DNA of 64,000 bases from Lobosporangium transversale (GCF_002105155.1 NW_019028993.1:124001-188000), one strand, 5' to 3'; shown: positions 14,071 to 24,616, numbered from the stretch's first letter. Notes: generated from the sequence alone by a model not told the origin. Made by a program: numbers and translations.

Positions 14071-14505
14071 CAGACAGTCAAGGAAGGGGATCTCGAGACA
14101 ATACACATGTAGAACATCCGATGACTAGCCGCAGACGACTCGATACGCACGTGTCAGCAAAACAAGAGAGCGAAGGAGCCACAACAAGGCCAAGGTCAGA
14201 GCCGGGGTCAGCAAGAGCCACCCAAGTATCGGCAAGAGTCCAAGGCACTGTGGGAGCATGCACCAGACTTCCAAGTGATCGATGGAGGGGGATTGTCATT
14301 CAGTGCACTGCTTCTCCCTATAGAACACCCGACCAAACCTTAAAAGCCTAACTCTAAAATCAGCATCAAACGGCACACATGTAGATTTTATATTTGTTTC
14401 ATCCTTCCACCCTAGTGTTAGTTCAGTTGACGTTAAGAACGCAAATGAACTATTTTACCGCTGACAGAGCTCATATGAATGAACTACATGTGGAGCATCC
14501 GGAAG
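14071..14505 (+). mobile_element. Degenerate 3' fragment of the adjacent non-LTR retrotransposon family
   Basis: Aligns by eye to ~20898-21450 (end of ORF2 and 3' UTR, e.g. cagacagtcaag..., caaacggcacacatg...), with stops and indels. Confidence 0.85.
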
Positions 14506-14799
14506 TTTTTTTTTAAAAAAAGAAAAAAAGAAAATACTGTTCTCAAGAATGGTCAGGCGGTACACTAAGGAGAACATGGCACGGATGCATCAGATAGGCA
14601 AAGACACAGATGCGATGCTGGGGAGAAGTTGGTTAAAGATACTAAAGTCTTTAAAGTCTTTAATTTTGCTCAATGAGATAACGATGTGCAAGTACAAGGA
14701 GTTGTATATTATTATTATAAGATGGTATTGCCCTCGCCTTACCTATTGATGTTTAGCAGAATAAGGAAAGGGAAACAAGGAAGATGGGAAAAAAAAATT

Positions 14800-14800
<1 letters not shown>

Positions 14801-14873
<73 letters not shown>
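14801..14873. repeat. (ATT)n microsatellite
   Basis: Directly visible. Confidence 0.95.
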
Positions 14874-15337
14874 TGGTAACGAGGACCCACGAGGCCGCTC
14901 GCCATCGTGCCAATGTTTTGCTGCTTCGTCTTATTGAGCTATTCTCCTGGGTATATATTACGACTAGTACACCCCTTAACCATGTGTACAATGAATATAT
15001 ATCACATGATGGCGCTTAATTTGATTCTAGATATAAATGGCTGACATTCTGTTAAGTCTTTTCTACCTTCTTAAAGAGTATTTAAGTAGCTTTTCCTTTC
15101 ACTGCAAAAATGACATCTCTCTTCTTATCATCGATGCCATTTTGCAGCATTTGCCAAATTATTCAAAGTACTTATTAGGATCACTATTCGTATCCAAAAT
15201 CTACGAGGCTTTCGCCCAATCTTTGATTTTTATCACTTACCTACTAGTTTCCAGAGATCACTAGTAGACGTACTACGATATCTTCAACAGCTTCTGGCAA
15301 ATCGGAGTCCAGGCCCCAGTTGATATCTGGCCCATAA

Positions 15338-15362
15338 GGGGATCTAGTTCAAATGGTAGAGC
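15338..15362 (+). repeat. 5' fragment of tRNA-Ala; putative upstream target-site duplication of the LINE
   Basis: GGGGATCTAGtTCAAATGGTAGAGC matches nt 1-25 of the tRNA at 21568 at 24/25 positions. Confidence 0.85.
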
Positions 15363-15466
15363 CCGCATTCTTCACAAACTCTAAAATCCCTGCATAGAGT
15401 TCCCCTTCCCCTGTACTTTTCCACATTCCTATCAGTACCCCTCTACAAGTTTTTCACATTTCTACA

Positions 15467-17226
15467 ATGACTGCACCCCCAGTGCAGCCAGATCCCGGAA
15501 AGGATCAGGCCCAGCTGGAGATGGTCAGTGCTTCTCAAGATCCCCAGGGTGATTTTGAGATGGATGCAGAGGTTACAACATCTGCACCGATGGATGCAAA
15601 TCCATCCACCCTCCCTCCAGAACAACAAACCTTAAACACGGCACCCAAAAATAGAAATAACAACAACAAAAAGAAAGTTCAAACCCCAGTAACCCCATCC
15701 CCAGTCACAGCACGCGTTCTCTCCTACGCAGATAGGGCAAAGGGTAAGAACCTCCTCAAGGTGGTCTCATTTGACGAGACCCAACATCTCCCGCCAACGG
15801 GCTTCAAGGGGCTAGTGATTGCCTACCCCCTTCCGCGTCTAGACATGCGTATCGCTGTCAAAGTAGCCATCGACAACGCAGTAGACGCGGCTCAAATCTC
15901 AACCTCCAAAGGCAGCATGTGCGCTATCTTCGACGACGAAGAGAAATACGCACATGCCCTCAACACCAAAGTGCCAGTAGGAGATGTTCTCCTATGCCCC
16001 TCCAGGACAGGCTATACGAACAAGCTGGAGGAAAGGATCAGGTCCCCACTATGGGACCACACGCCGACGAGATGGCGCTTCAAACAGCTCTCAACAAGCT
16101 GTACGCACCATACGGGACAGTACGCGACATTGAATATGGAGTTATTCAGCCCGGCTCGTCAACAAAAAATGGTGAAATCAGCTTCACCCTCGCTCTCCAT
16201 GACAGCACTCAACCGGATACGGAGTTGATCAGAGCAGCCTCGCTGTTCGGCCTCAACACCGTCTTCACCTGGGAGACAGCTGGAAAATTCTGCTACAACT
16301 GTGGCAGTCTTACTCACCTGACAGCAGAGTGCAGGACACCACGGACCCTATACCTGGAGGAGATCCGTCCACTATTCACGCCAATCCTAGCTCCTAGGTA
16401 CGGCAAGGAGACAACCCAGGCACCACCAAGGGTAGTAGTCAAGTCTCCAACTACTACCACCACGGCCCCCCCAACCAACAACAACAAAAGGCCACCAACT
16501 TCAACAACGCAGGCGAATACCTCGTCCGCACCAACAACACGCCTAGATCCAGATGGCTATCAAACGCAGGGAAGGAAGAGACGTATGCCGCCCTCCAAAG
16601 CTTCTAGTAACGCCACCGCTACTTCTAGTTCAAAGCCTGAGTCTAACTCTCGCAAGAACAGGAAAAAGCAACGGGCGCAGAAAAAGGCCAAGGAGTCAGG
16701 CAAAAAGCTCGAGAGTAAACAAACGAGCAAGGAAGTAAGCAAAACTGCCCCAGTGGCAGCCAACGCTACATCCGGAAGCTTCACGTTTACTCTCCCAAAA
16801 GAGCCGATGTTCACTTCTTGCAGCGCGGAATCCTCTACGAGCAACCAGCGGCAGAAGGGGCGGCTATTTAACTCACCAGCGAGAAAGATAGCAACCCCTA
16901 GCACTTCTAACGCCAGACCTCTGAGCTCAAAAGGCAAAGAAAAGGCGACCACGAAGGAAGCTGATACTCTACCAAAGGATGAAGATGCCCTTGCGGAGCC
17001 TCTGGTGAAAAGGATCAAGCCAACCCCTCAGACCGAGCCATCCACCTTGGATGTATCGGATTGGGACCCCGCGAGCATGGAAGAGGACCCCTCGACCATG
17101 GCAATCCTCGCAGAACTCGCGAGCAAGGGTGAGGGCCCCTCGGCCCTGGCGGCAGTCGCGGAACTGGATCCCTCTACCCCGGTAGTGGATGATCCTGCAG
17201 AACCGACCGAGGACATGGTCTTGTAG
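15467..17226 (+). pseudogene. LINE ORF1 (gag-like nucleic acid chaperone), one frameshift near 16040
   Basis: Frame 15467 reads to ...NKLEERIR, the -1 frame continues VPTMGPHADEMALQTALNKLYAPYGTVRDIEY (RRM-like) and CYNCGSLTHLTAEC (CCHC). Confidence 0.75.
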
Positions 17227-17330
17227 AGACAGAGACAATAAAAAGTCAAGAGATAAAAATTAAATTAAAACCTTAATTTTTTAAGTTTGCCTTTTTGTCA
17301 TTGTCTCATATCAAATCTATTTTATCCTCA

Positions 17331-20300
17331 ATGCTGCAAATATCCCTGGCTACATTTAATTGTGATCGCATCCAAAAACAAGACAAACGTACAAATTTGT
17401 TCCGTTGGCTAAAAACCCGCAAATATGATCTGATAGCTTTACAAGAATTCAACCCAGTACACTCTACAGGGAAGGATGACAGTGATGCTTGGATGATCCA
17501 GTGGGGCAGAGGTGGCTTTTGCTCAGGCAAATGTGCCATCCTTGTCAACAACAAGTCTATTAAAATCTACAATACTACAACCCTCTCACAAGGACGCATT
17601 ATTTTTGCTGATTTCAAAATGGAAGACGAAGAGTACCGCTTTGCGAGCATCTACGTCCCATCCAACCGAGAACAGAGAGCAGAGTTTATTGCAAACTTTC
17701 CCTCCAACGAACTCAAGCACCCACGTTTGATACTAGCTGGTGACTATAATGCTTATCCAAATGACCAAACTGATAGATCTCCTCCTCTTGATCTACTAAC
17801 CCAAAGAAACCAAACCCTGTGGCCATCACTTGAACAAGCCCTGATCCCTCTGAATCTATATGATCCAGTCCCGGAACTAGGCGAGGACGAAACTCCGTTA
17901 GAGAGCCGATTCACTCATGTTCATAAAAACGGAAATAAAGCGATTCTCACACGTATTGACTTTATTCTGATGACCCAACCTCTATTTGATATTTCTAATA
18001 CACCTAGAGCTATGACATGCCCAGCCATTCGAAGCGATCACAAGGTCCTCCATTGTAAGCTGTCAGCGATTGCGCCTTCAACCTCAGGGGAGAAGACCAA
18101 GAGCCTCGACACTCGCTTGCTACGAGACCCAGAGTACGATGCTATCATCCGCAACCTGTGGGCCTCTCTCCTACGCTCACGAGAAGACTCTCCAGAAGAG
18201 CCAACTCACGAGTTCTGGGACAGAGCCAAGGTGGCGATGCTAGCAGAGTCGGTGAAGTATGGTGCAAAAATTAGAAAACAACAAATTCAAAAGAGACACA
18301 CAATAGCCAGAAAAATCAGACAAAATGACGAACGCATACTCGCTGACCCCTACAACACCAGACTGGTCGAAAAACGAGACAGACTCATCGCGGAAAGCGT
18401 AGAGCTTGAATCGATTCAACTGGAAAGGACTGCTACGCTCGCTAGAGTAAAGTGGTTAGAGGAAGGAGAGGTCGCTACGCCATATTTTACAAACATACTC
18501 AACCAAAAGAAAAAGAAAAAACTGATTCCAGCAGCCAGACGACCAGACGGCACCACGGCTACCTCGCAAGAGGATATCCAGGAAGCTGTCAGGACATACT
18601 GGGAAGGTATTTACACATCGCAGGGTTCGGACACGACCGCTCGAACTACACTCTTGGGCGAACTCACTAGGAAATTAGAAGACGTGGATGTAAACATGCT
18701 CGACTCTGATCTAACAGTGACGGAGGTTGAGAATGCAGTGAAACTGAGTGCGAACAGTAAATCACCAGGCGAGGATGGCCTACCCTTTGAATTCTACAAA
18801 GCATTTCTGGACTTGTTTTCTACGATCCTTACGCAGATCTTCAATGAAGCCACAGCGGAGGGATCCCGACTGCCTGCATCCCATGGACGCTCAGTTGTCG
18901 CTCTCTTTCACAAGAAAGGCGATAGGACACTCCCCCAGAACTACAGACCAATCTCGCTGATCAACTGCGACTACAAAATCTTTACCAAAGCACTGACTGA
19001 ACGCATCAACAGGGTGGCTGTCAAACTCTTGGGAGAATGGCAGACTGGATTCGTCAAAGGTCGACAAGGCCATGACAATGTCTTTCAGACACACCTTGCA
19101 ATGAAGCATGTTCACCACCAAACAACCCCCACGCAACGCGCTGAATACGCCAATTATATTGACCAACAGCAACAGTATCCGCCGTCTCGGAGGAGAAAAC
19201 CAGACCTGCCAGCTTATGCGATTCTTAGTCTTGACCAGGAAAAAGCATATGATAGAGTGGAATGGAAGTACCTCAGAGCGGCCCTACAGGCCTTTGGCTT
19301 CGGACCAAGGATACGACGCTGGATCGGGCGCTGCTACCTCAAACCAACTAGTCGGCTTATTGTCAACGGAGAGCTATCACAGCCATTCTCGATCACTCGA
19401 GGCCTAAGACAAGGAGATCCACTAGCACCACTCTTGTTCAACTTTGCTATTGAACCTTTCCTCAACTTTTATGTGCTCAAAGCCCAAGGCATCCCAACAC
19501 CAGATGGTTATGCAATCGCATGCGCTTTCGCAGACGATACAAATCTGATGGTGGCCAAAGGTGACGAAGCCATAGTACAAAGGGCGCTATCTCTTCACGA
19601 GAAGGCATCTGGAGCCAAGGTCAACAAAGACAAGACAGTATTAATCCCACTCAACACCTGGTCACACGACTACATCCGCCTACCAGACTACAGCTGGGAG
19701 GAATACGGAAAGCCATTCAAGCATCTAGGGATCTACATTTCTGCGGAAGGCTATAATATGCCAACCATAGAGACCCAGATCCTAGCAGATCTTCGAAGAG
19801 CGACAGCCACATGGCGACTGCGAGGGCTTTCTCTACAAGGACGGGTGACTATAATCAATACATACCTTCTTTCAAAAATATGGCACTGCGCACCATTCTA
19901 CCCATTTTCTTCTCCTTTTTATACTGCACTAGACAGGATACTAAAAGAGATTCTATGGAGCGGAAGGCGCAGCCGCATCAAACTCGAGGAATTTTTCAAA
20001 CCAAAGTCAGAGGGAGGATGGGGGATGATCCACCCACGGTCTCAGGTGCAGGCGCTGAAAGCAAAGTGGATGGCTAGATGGCTGCTAGAAGAGACCAAGT
20101 GGGCGGACGTGTTTGAAGATTGTGCAGAGTATACTCTACCAGAGAGGATAGCGGAACCGAAACTGATTCAGTGTGCCACTAACCACATCATACTACAACC
20201 GAGCACAGCAGCTCGCTCAGTCACATACAAAGGAGCAGACGCAAGTGTGCACCAAACACTGTATGCATGGTCATTACTACAGCCCACACGGGATGAAACT

Positions 20301-21164
20301 AAAGACTTTGACAGGGAGCGAAAAGAAGCATTGACGCTAGGACTGGCAGACACGACTTTCCTACTGGGAGAGTTTACAGTTCGCAAAGCTCGGCGAGTTA
20401 TCCAACCAATCCTACTAAAACAAAGAAACCAGGCGGACCACCTTCGTGATGCTAATGAGCACACGACAGACAATACGCCATGGGACCTCACAACGGCACA
20501 GGCGAGGACAATGTACACTCGCCTACACCACAAACACCGACGCAACAAGGAAAAAGATCTGCTTTTCCTCCTAGCGCACAAAAGGGTTTTGACCAACAAT
20601 ATCAGACGATTTTGGAATGATAGCAACACACTAGGCTTCTGTCGCCGATGCGACTCTACCCAGCTTGAAGACAATGTGCATGCATTCCATGACTGTTCTG
20701 ATTTGAAAGCCTTTTGGGATACAGTGCACCAAAAACTCACAGCGCTTTATCCTACTACTCGTTTTAGCATAACCGCCAAGGACCGAATCCTCTGCTGGCC
20801 ACGGACAGACATTGAGGAAGAAGCACCTCTGGCGATCCACATCCACTCGGCAGCGGTGTGGGCGATATACGTGACGTTCTGTCAGCTGGGAGACGGACAG
20901 ACAGTCAAGAAAGGAGACCTCGAGACGATATTCATGCAGAACATCCGACGACGAGCCGCTGATGACTGGATACGCGCGTGCCAACGAGACAAGAAATCGA
21001 GGAACAATAACAACCGCCAACAAGCCCAGGGCCAGAACCAGCAAGAGCGAGACAAGCACCGGCAAGAGTTCAAGGCAGAGTGGGAACATGCACCATTTAT
21101 CCAAGTGACCGATGGAGGAGGACCAAAATTTGACGCACTGTTCCACCCTGTGACGCCCGACTAA
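17331..21164 (+). CDS. LINE ORF2: apurinic-like endonuclease, reverse transcriptase, C-terminal Zn finger; open throughout
   Basis: APE motifs ATFN, ALQE, IYVP, GDYN, RIDF, SDH; RT motifs KSPGEDG, NYRPISLIN, LDQEKAYDRV, GLRQGDPLAPLLF, FADD; CRRC-x9-H-x4-C. Confidence 0.96.
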   Translation: MLQISLATFNCDRIQKQDKRTNLFRWLKTRKYDLIALQEFNPVHSTGKDDSDAWMIQWGRGGFCSGKCAILVNNKSIKIYNTTTLSQGRIIFADFKMEDEEYRFASIYVPSNREQRAEFIANFPSNELKHPRLILAGDYNAYPNDQTDRSPPLDLLTQRNQTLWPSLEQALIPLNLYDPVPELGEDETPLESRFTHVHKNGNKAILTRIDFILMTQPLFDISNTPRAMTCPAIRSDHKVLHCKLSAIAPSTSGEKTKSLDTRLLRDPEYDAIIRNLWASLLRSREDSPEEPTHEFWDRAKVAMLAESVKYGAKIRKQQIQKRHTIARKIRQNDERILADPYNTRLVEKRDRLIAESVELESIQLERTATLARVKWLEEGEVATPYFTNILNQKKKKKLIPAARRPDGTTATSQEDIQEAVRTYWEGIYTSQGSDTTARTTLLGELTRKLEDVDVNMLDSDLTVTEVENAVKLSANSKSPGEDGLPFEFYKAFLDLFSTILTQIFNEATAEGSRLPASHGRSVVALFHKKGDRTLPQNYRPISLINCDYKIFTKALTERINRVAVKLLGEWQTGFVKGRQGHDNVFQTHLAMKHVHHQTTPTQRAEYANYIDQQQQYPPSRRRKPDLPAYAILSLDQEKAYDRVEWKYLRAALQAFGFGPRIRRWIGRCYLKPTSRLIVNGELSQPFSITRGLRQGDPLAPLLFNFAIEPFLNFYVLKAQGIPTPDGYAIACAFADDTNLMVAKGDEAIVQRALSLHEKASGAKVNKDKTVLIPLNTWSHDYIRLPDYSWEEYGKPFKHLGIYISAEGYNMPTIETQILADLRRATATWRLRGLSLQGRVTIINTYLLSKIWHCAPFYPFSSPFYTALDRILKEILWSGRRSRIKLEEFFKPKSEGGWGMIHPRSQVQALKAKWMARWLLEETKWADVFEDCAEYTLPERIAEPKLIQCATNHIILQPSTAARSVTYKGADASVHQTLYAWSLLQPTRDETKDFDRERKEALTLGLADTTFLLGEFTVRKARRVIQPILLKQRNQADHLRDANEHTTDNTPWDLTTAQARTMYTRLHHKHRRNKEKDLLFLLAHKRVLTNNIRRFWNDSNTLGFCRRCDSTQLEDNVHAFHDCSDLKAFWDTVHQKLTALYPTTRFSITAKDRILCWPRTDIEEEAPLAIHIHSAAVWAIYVTFCQLGDGQTVKKGDLETIFMQNIRRRAADDWIRACQRDKKSRNNNNRQQAQGQNQQERDKHRQEFKAEWEHAPFIQVTDGGGPKFDALFHPVTPD

Positions 21165-21231
21165 AACCTTAAAAGCTTAACCTTAAAAATCGGCAATATA
21201 CCCTAATACACACATACACACATACACACAC

Positions 21232-21262
<31 letters not shown>

Positions 21263-21508
21263 CCCCGAGCTACCCTTCCTTCCGCCCCTGTACATATAGC
21301 GTCAAACGGCACACATGCAGCTTATATGCTTGCTTCACCCCTCCAATATTCTAGTGCTAGCTCGTTTGACGCCAAGGGCGCGAACGGACTATTACCGCTG
21401 AAAGACCCGCGTGAATGAACGACGTGGGGGCCAGCAGGGAGCTCCAATATAGGACAGAAAATAGTGAGATAGCTCTTGAGAGCCCGAAATTCGAATAAAC
21501 CATAAACA

Positions 21509-21590
21509 CACCCACCACAACGAGTGGGGATCTAGCTCAAATGGTAGAACCACCCACCACAACGAGTGGGGATCTAGCTCAAATGGTAGA
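21509..21590 (+). repeat. 42-bp-period tandem duplication covering 17 nt of flank plus tRNA nt 1-23
   Basis: CACCCACCACAACGAGTGGGGATCTAGCTCAAATGGTAGA occurs identically at 21509-21548 and 21551-21590. Confidence 0.95.
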
Positions 21591-21640
21591 GCGCTCGCTT
21601 AGCATGCGAGAGGCACTGGGATCGATGCCCAGGTTCTCCA
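21568..21640 (+). tRNA. tRNA-Ala(AGC), 73 nt, intronless
   Basis: Cloverleaf: GGGGATC/GTTCTCC acceptor (G3:U70), GCTC/GAGC D stem, CTCGC-TTAGCAT-GCGAG anticodon arm, CTGGG-ATCGATG-CCCAG T arm; followed by a T6 Pol III terminator at 21643-21648. Confidence 0.96.
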
Positions 21641-22201
21641 AATTTTTTCGCTACGATGAACACCTTTTTTTTCCTTGATGTTTGTATGGAGTATATCCAC
21701 CTTAATTGTTTTTTCTCGGTAAGTGTCTACTTTTTAGAACAAACCAACTGGAATATGTTCAAATATAAAGCCATACAAGGTCAATATAAAATTTTGATCA
21801 TGACATCTAGCTTCAATTGAATGGCTATTGACTAGTTTTTTCTTGTTGAAGTTCGTTAATTATACGTGGGTTTTTACTTGAAGGACTGATTTCGGTCCTC
21901 ATGGTTAGGGTGTAGACGCTTACAAATAATATGGGTGATAGTAGGGAAATGTGAGAATATATCACAAGTGAATGAACTTATGCTGACCCTGACGCACTTC
22001 TTCACCAATCGACAGTCTTTTTCACATATTTAAATACCTTTGCCACCAAGCGACTAGTAACACGTTTATCTTCAAGTTTTACTAATGTTTGAAAACATCG
22101 ACATAGAAGCGGTGCATATGGACAGGGACTTTCACTTTTCCCCTAGTGGAGTGTTGTTTATTTTTCAACTAAAAGTAATGGATAGCAATAGACCCTGACA
22201 C

Positions 22202-22526
22202 TGAAAAATATTTAGACAGTAGTTATCAGAAGCTAAGATAAGTGAGAATAAGATGTGGGTCCACACACCACATCCATGGGGTATTTATTCATTTTCTGGT
22301 AGAGAGACTCGTACCAAGTAACTACATATCTATCTAGAAGCGACATGGGATTATTCAGGAACCATGTCGGTGTTTTGTCGCGTCTCTAGTGACGCGTTAT
22401 TATTATTATACTTTTCTTAGCGTATTAATTTTAGGAATTCCCCTAGTGTGTTCCTAGTGCGTTTTTAGTATTTTTCTTAATCTTCTAGCTGGGCCGTTAT
22501 TATCTTGTATATTGAAATATACAACA
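22202..22526 (-). mobile_element. 325-bp solo LTR, copy 1 (inverted relative to 60381-60705)
   Basis: TG...CA ends; reverse complement nearly identical to 60381-60705; flanks GACAC / CCCAG. Confidence 0.85.
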
Positions 22527-22560
22527 CCCAGCCACGCCCATCTTAATTTTTAATGGCCAC

Positions 22561-22699
22561 TGTTGCGATTAGCAGTCATTTACATGGGTTTTTACTATAG
22601 CTAAGATTTTTACCCTTTTTATTTAATGAAGATCCCCGGATCATAATAAACACATCTTTCTTTCGTTCTCGTTACTTATTATGATCCTGGCATATATCA
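22561..22699 (+). mobile_element. 139-bp solo LTR-like element with 5-bp TSD
   Basis: TGTTG...TATCA flanked by GCCAC at 22556-22560 and 22700-22704; contains AATAAA; second copy starts at 63925. Confidence 0.8.
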
Positions 22700-22729
22700 G
22701 CCACCACAAGGAGCTCAACACAAAAAAAC

Positions 22730-23125
22730 ATGGCTGCGAATGAGCCTGAGGATGTCTCCACACTCAATAAACGAAAAAGAGAAAACCAACACCCACAACG
22801 AAAAAAGCGCGCCATCCCACTGCTGCTGCTGAACTGCGTTGTCGAGGGAGAAACAACGTCGTTCCCAGTAGGGATTTCCTCCGATAAATCGGTCGGGATG
22901 CTCAAGCAAGCCATCAAGGTAGCAAAGAAGCCAGAACTTGATCATGTTGCCGCAGATAAGCTCATCCTCTACAAGGTCTCCATCCCTGACGAAGATAAGA
23001 CCGTCGTCGAGTCAGAAATCGAGTCAAAAGATTCTCTCGCACCCGCGTTAATGAAGCTTTGGGAGAAATTTAATTCTGAACTTCCAGAGAAAACTATCAC
23101 AGCGAGGTATATCTTTGGCTCTTGA
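22730..23125 (+). pseudogene. Truncated Crinkler (CRN)-like N-terminal domain
   Basis: LNCVVEGETTSFPVGISSDKSVGMLKQAIKVAKKPELDHVAADKLILYKVSIPD is a typical fungal CRN ubiquitin-like header; no downstream domain before the Tc1 at 23194. Confidence 0.75.
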
Positions 23126-23193
23126 TGGACTGATTGTTGATATTTCCAGCTGATGAAGCTTGGTTTATATCTTAAATGACCATGTGCATGATA

Positions 23194-23750
23194 CACTATC
23201 ATGCAAAACCGATTCAATAATTCATTCCCATGTGCATTTCTTTTTTTTTCATTCCTAGAAACCGTATATGCATACACCACTCATACTTTGGTTTAATAAA
23301 GCTCCCGACTTCTATGTCATAGTTATGCGTTGTGGTATTAGCTTGTCTCATTGGGAAAGCTAATGACTTTTTGTTCATGCAGGTCATTGAATCAGTTTCA
23401 CATGTGGTCTAAAATGTTGCCCATGGCAACTTTTGGACGTCATTTAATGCAAGTAAAAAAAGGACTTTTCTCTCTTTCCTTTATGAACACTTGCTTAACT
23501 CTCTCTTAACTATACCTTCACAGAATATGAGACCCACTCCACAAAGGAAAGTCAACGAAGCCAGGAGGTTAATGATGGGAGGCATGTCTACTAGAGAAAC
23601 TGCTGCTAGTGTTGGTATAGCAATAGCGACGGTCACCAGGATCTATGCACATAATAAGGAGGACATGCCAGTCAATAAAGGCGGTCGACCAAGGAAAGTA
23701 TGTACCTAGAGATATCATGCAGTATCTTAAGGTGAACATGAAACGAGGTA
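23194..23750 (+). mobile_element. Tc1 family A, 5' fragment (left TIR + start of transposase), diverged
   Basis: TA-CACTATCATGCAAAAC... TIR as at 30991/36026; MRPTPQRKVNEARR... with frameshift; ends at an internal TA. Confidence 0.88.
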
Positions 23751-24274
23751 TGCAATAAATTGCATTTTTGGACATTCATTCCTCATTCTCGTTTTTCTTT
23801 CTAATGATCTTCCATGTCATCGCTGTTTCTCATTCGTATTTGTCCCACCTCCATGGACTGTCATCACCATCCTCATCAATGTCGCAATTAGCATTTAATC
23901 GCAATTTGCTTCAATACCTTATTGCATCTGTTAAGTTAATTTTTAACTTCCTGTTCTCTTTATTTCGGTTACTTCTCTTCTGTCTTAATGATGTTTCCTC
24001 CTTTTGCCTTATATAGCTCCCTCATCCTCTTTGGCATGTCACAATATAGCTTTTCCAAGAGTTCAGGAGGGATTTGTGCCCATGCGTCTTGAACCCGATC
24101 CCAAAGGTCCTCCATATTCTTTGGCTTGTCTGGATATTGATCCAACTTCATCTTCATATATGCCCATACTTTTTCTATTGGGTTGATGTCAGGAGAGTTT
24201 GCTGGCCATTCCATGAGAGCTATCTTAGATTTTTTGATATAGTCCATTGCAGTTTTTGCAGTATGGATCCTAGC
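23751..24274 (-). mobile_element. Tc1 family C fragment (transposase C-terminus, clipped TIR)
   Basis: WPANSPDINPIEKVWAYMK; similar to 24942-25467. Confidence 0.85.
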
Positions 24275-24616
24275 CAGTGCTCCTATTCGAACCATTCGAA
24301 TCGAATTTGCCTGATATCGAATTCGATTCGAATAAGGTAGGTTCAAATTCGATTCGAATTCGAATAGATATCAGGATTCGAATGCTATTCGAACCATTCG
24401 ACATTCGAACCGTTCGAACCATTCGAACCATTCGAACCATTCGACACTCGAACCATTCGAACCATTCGAACCATTCGACACTCGAACTATTCGAATAATT
24501 CGCGTCATTCGAACCTTTCGAACCATTCGAACCTTTCGAACCATTCGAATCGAACCAGGATATGGCTTATTCGAAGCTATTCGAATTCGAACCGTTCGAT
24601 TCGAATAGGAGCACTG
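24275..24616. mobile_element. Non-autonomous DNA element (hAT-like ends) filled with TTCGAA subterminal repeats
   Basis: TIR CAGTGCTCCTATTCGAA / TTCGAATAGGAGCACTG; interior of 9-bp CCATTCGAA variants; no matching TSD. Confidence 0.75.

Larger units (their letters stand above)
15363..21525 (+). mobile_element. Near full-length non-LTR retrotransposon, L1/Tx1-like, two ORFs
   Basis: ORF1 (RRM-like + CCHC knuckle) and ORF2 (APE-RT-Zn finger); bounded on both sides by the tRNA-Ala 5' sequence. Confidence 0.9.

Noticed and set aside
21232..21260. A tract as the LINE poly(A) tail
   Set aside because: Homology with the relic copy continues beyond it and no TSD follows it.
21398..21495. Hammerhead ribozyme in the LINE 3' UTR (CTGAAAGA...GAAA)
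   Set aside because: Core does not match CUGANGA and the required helices could not be built by eye.
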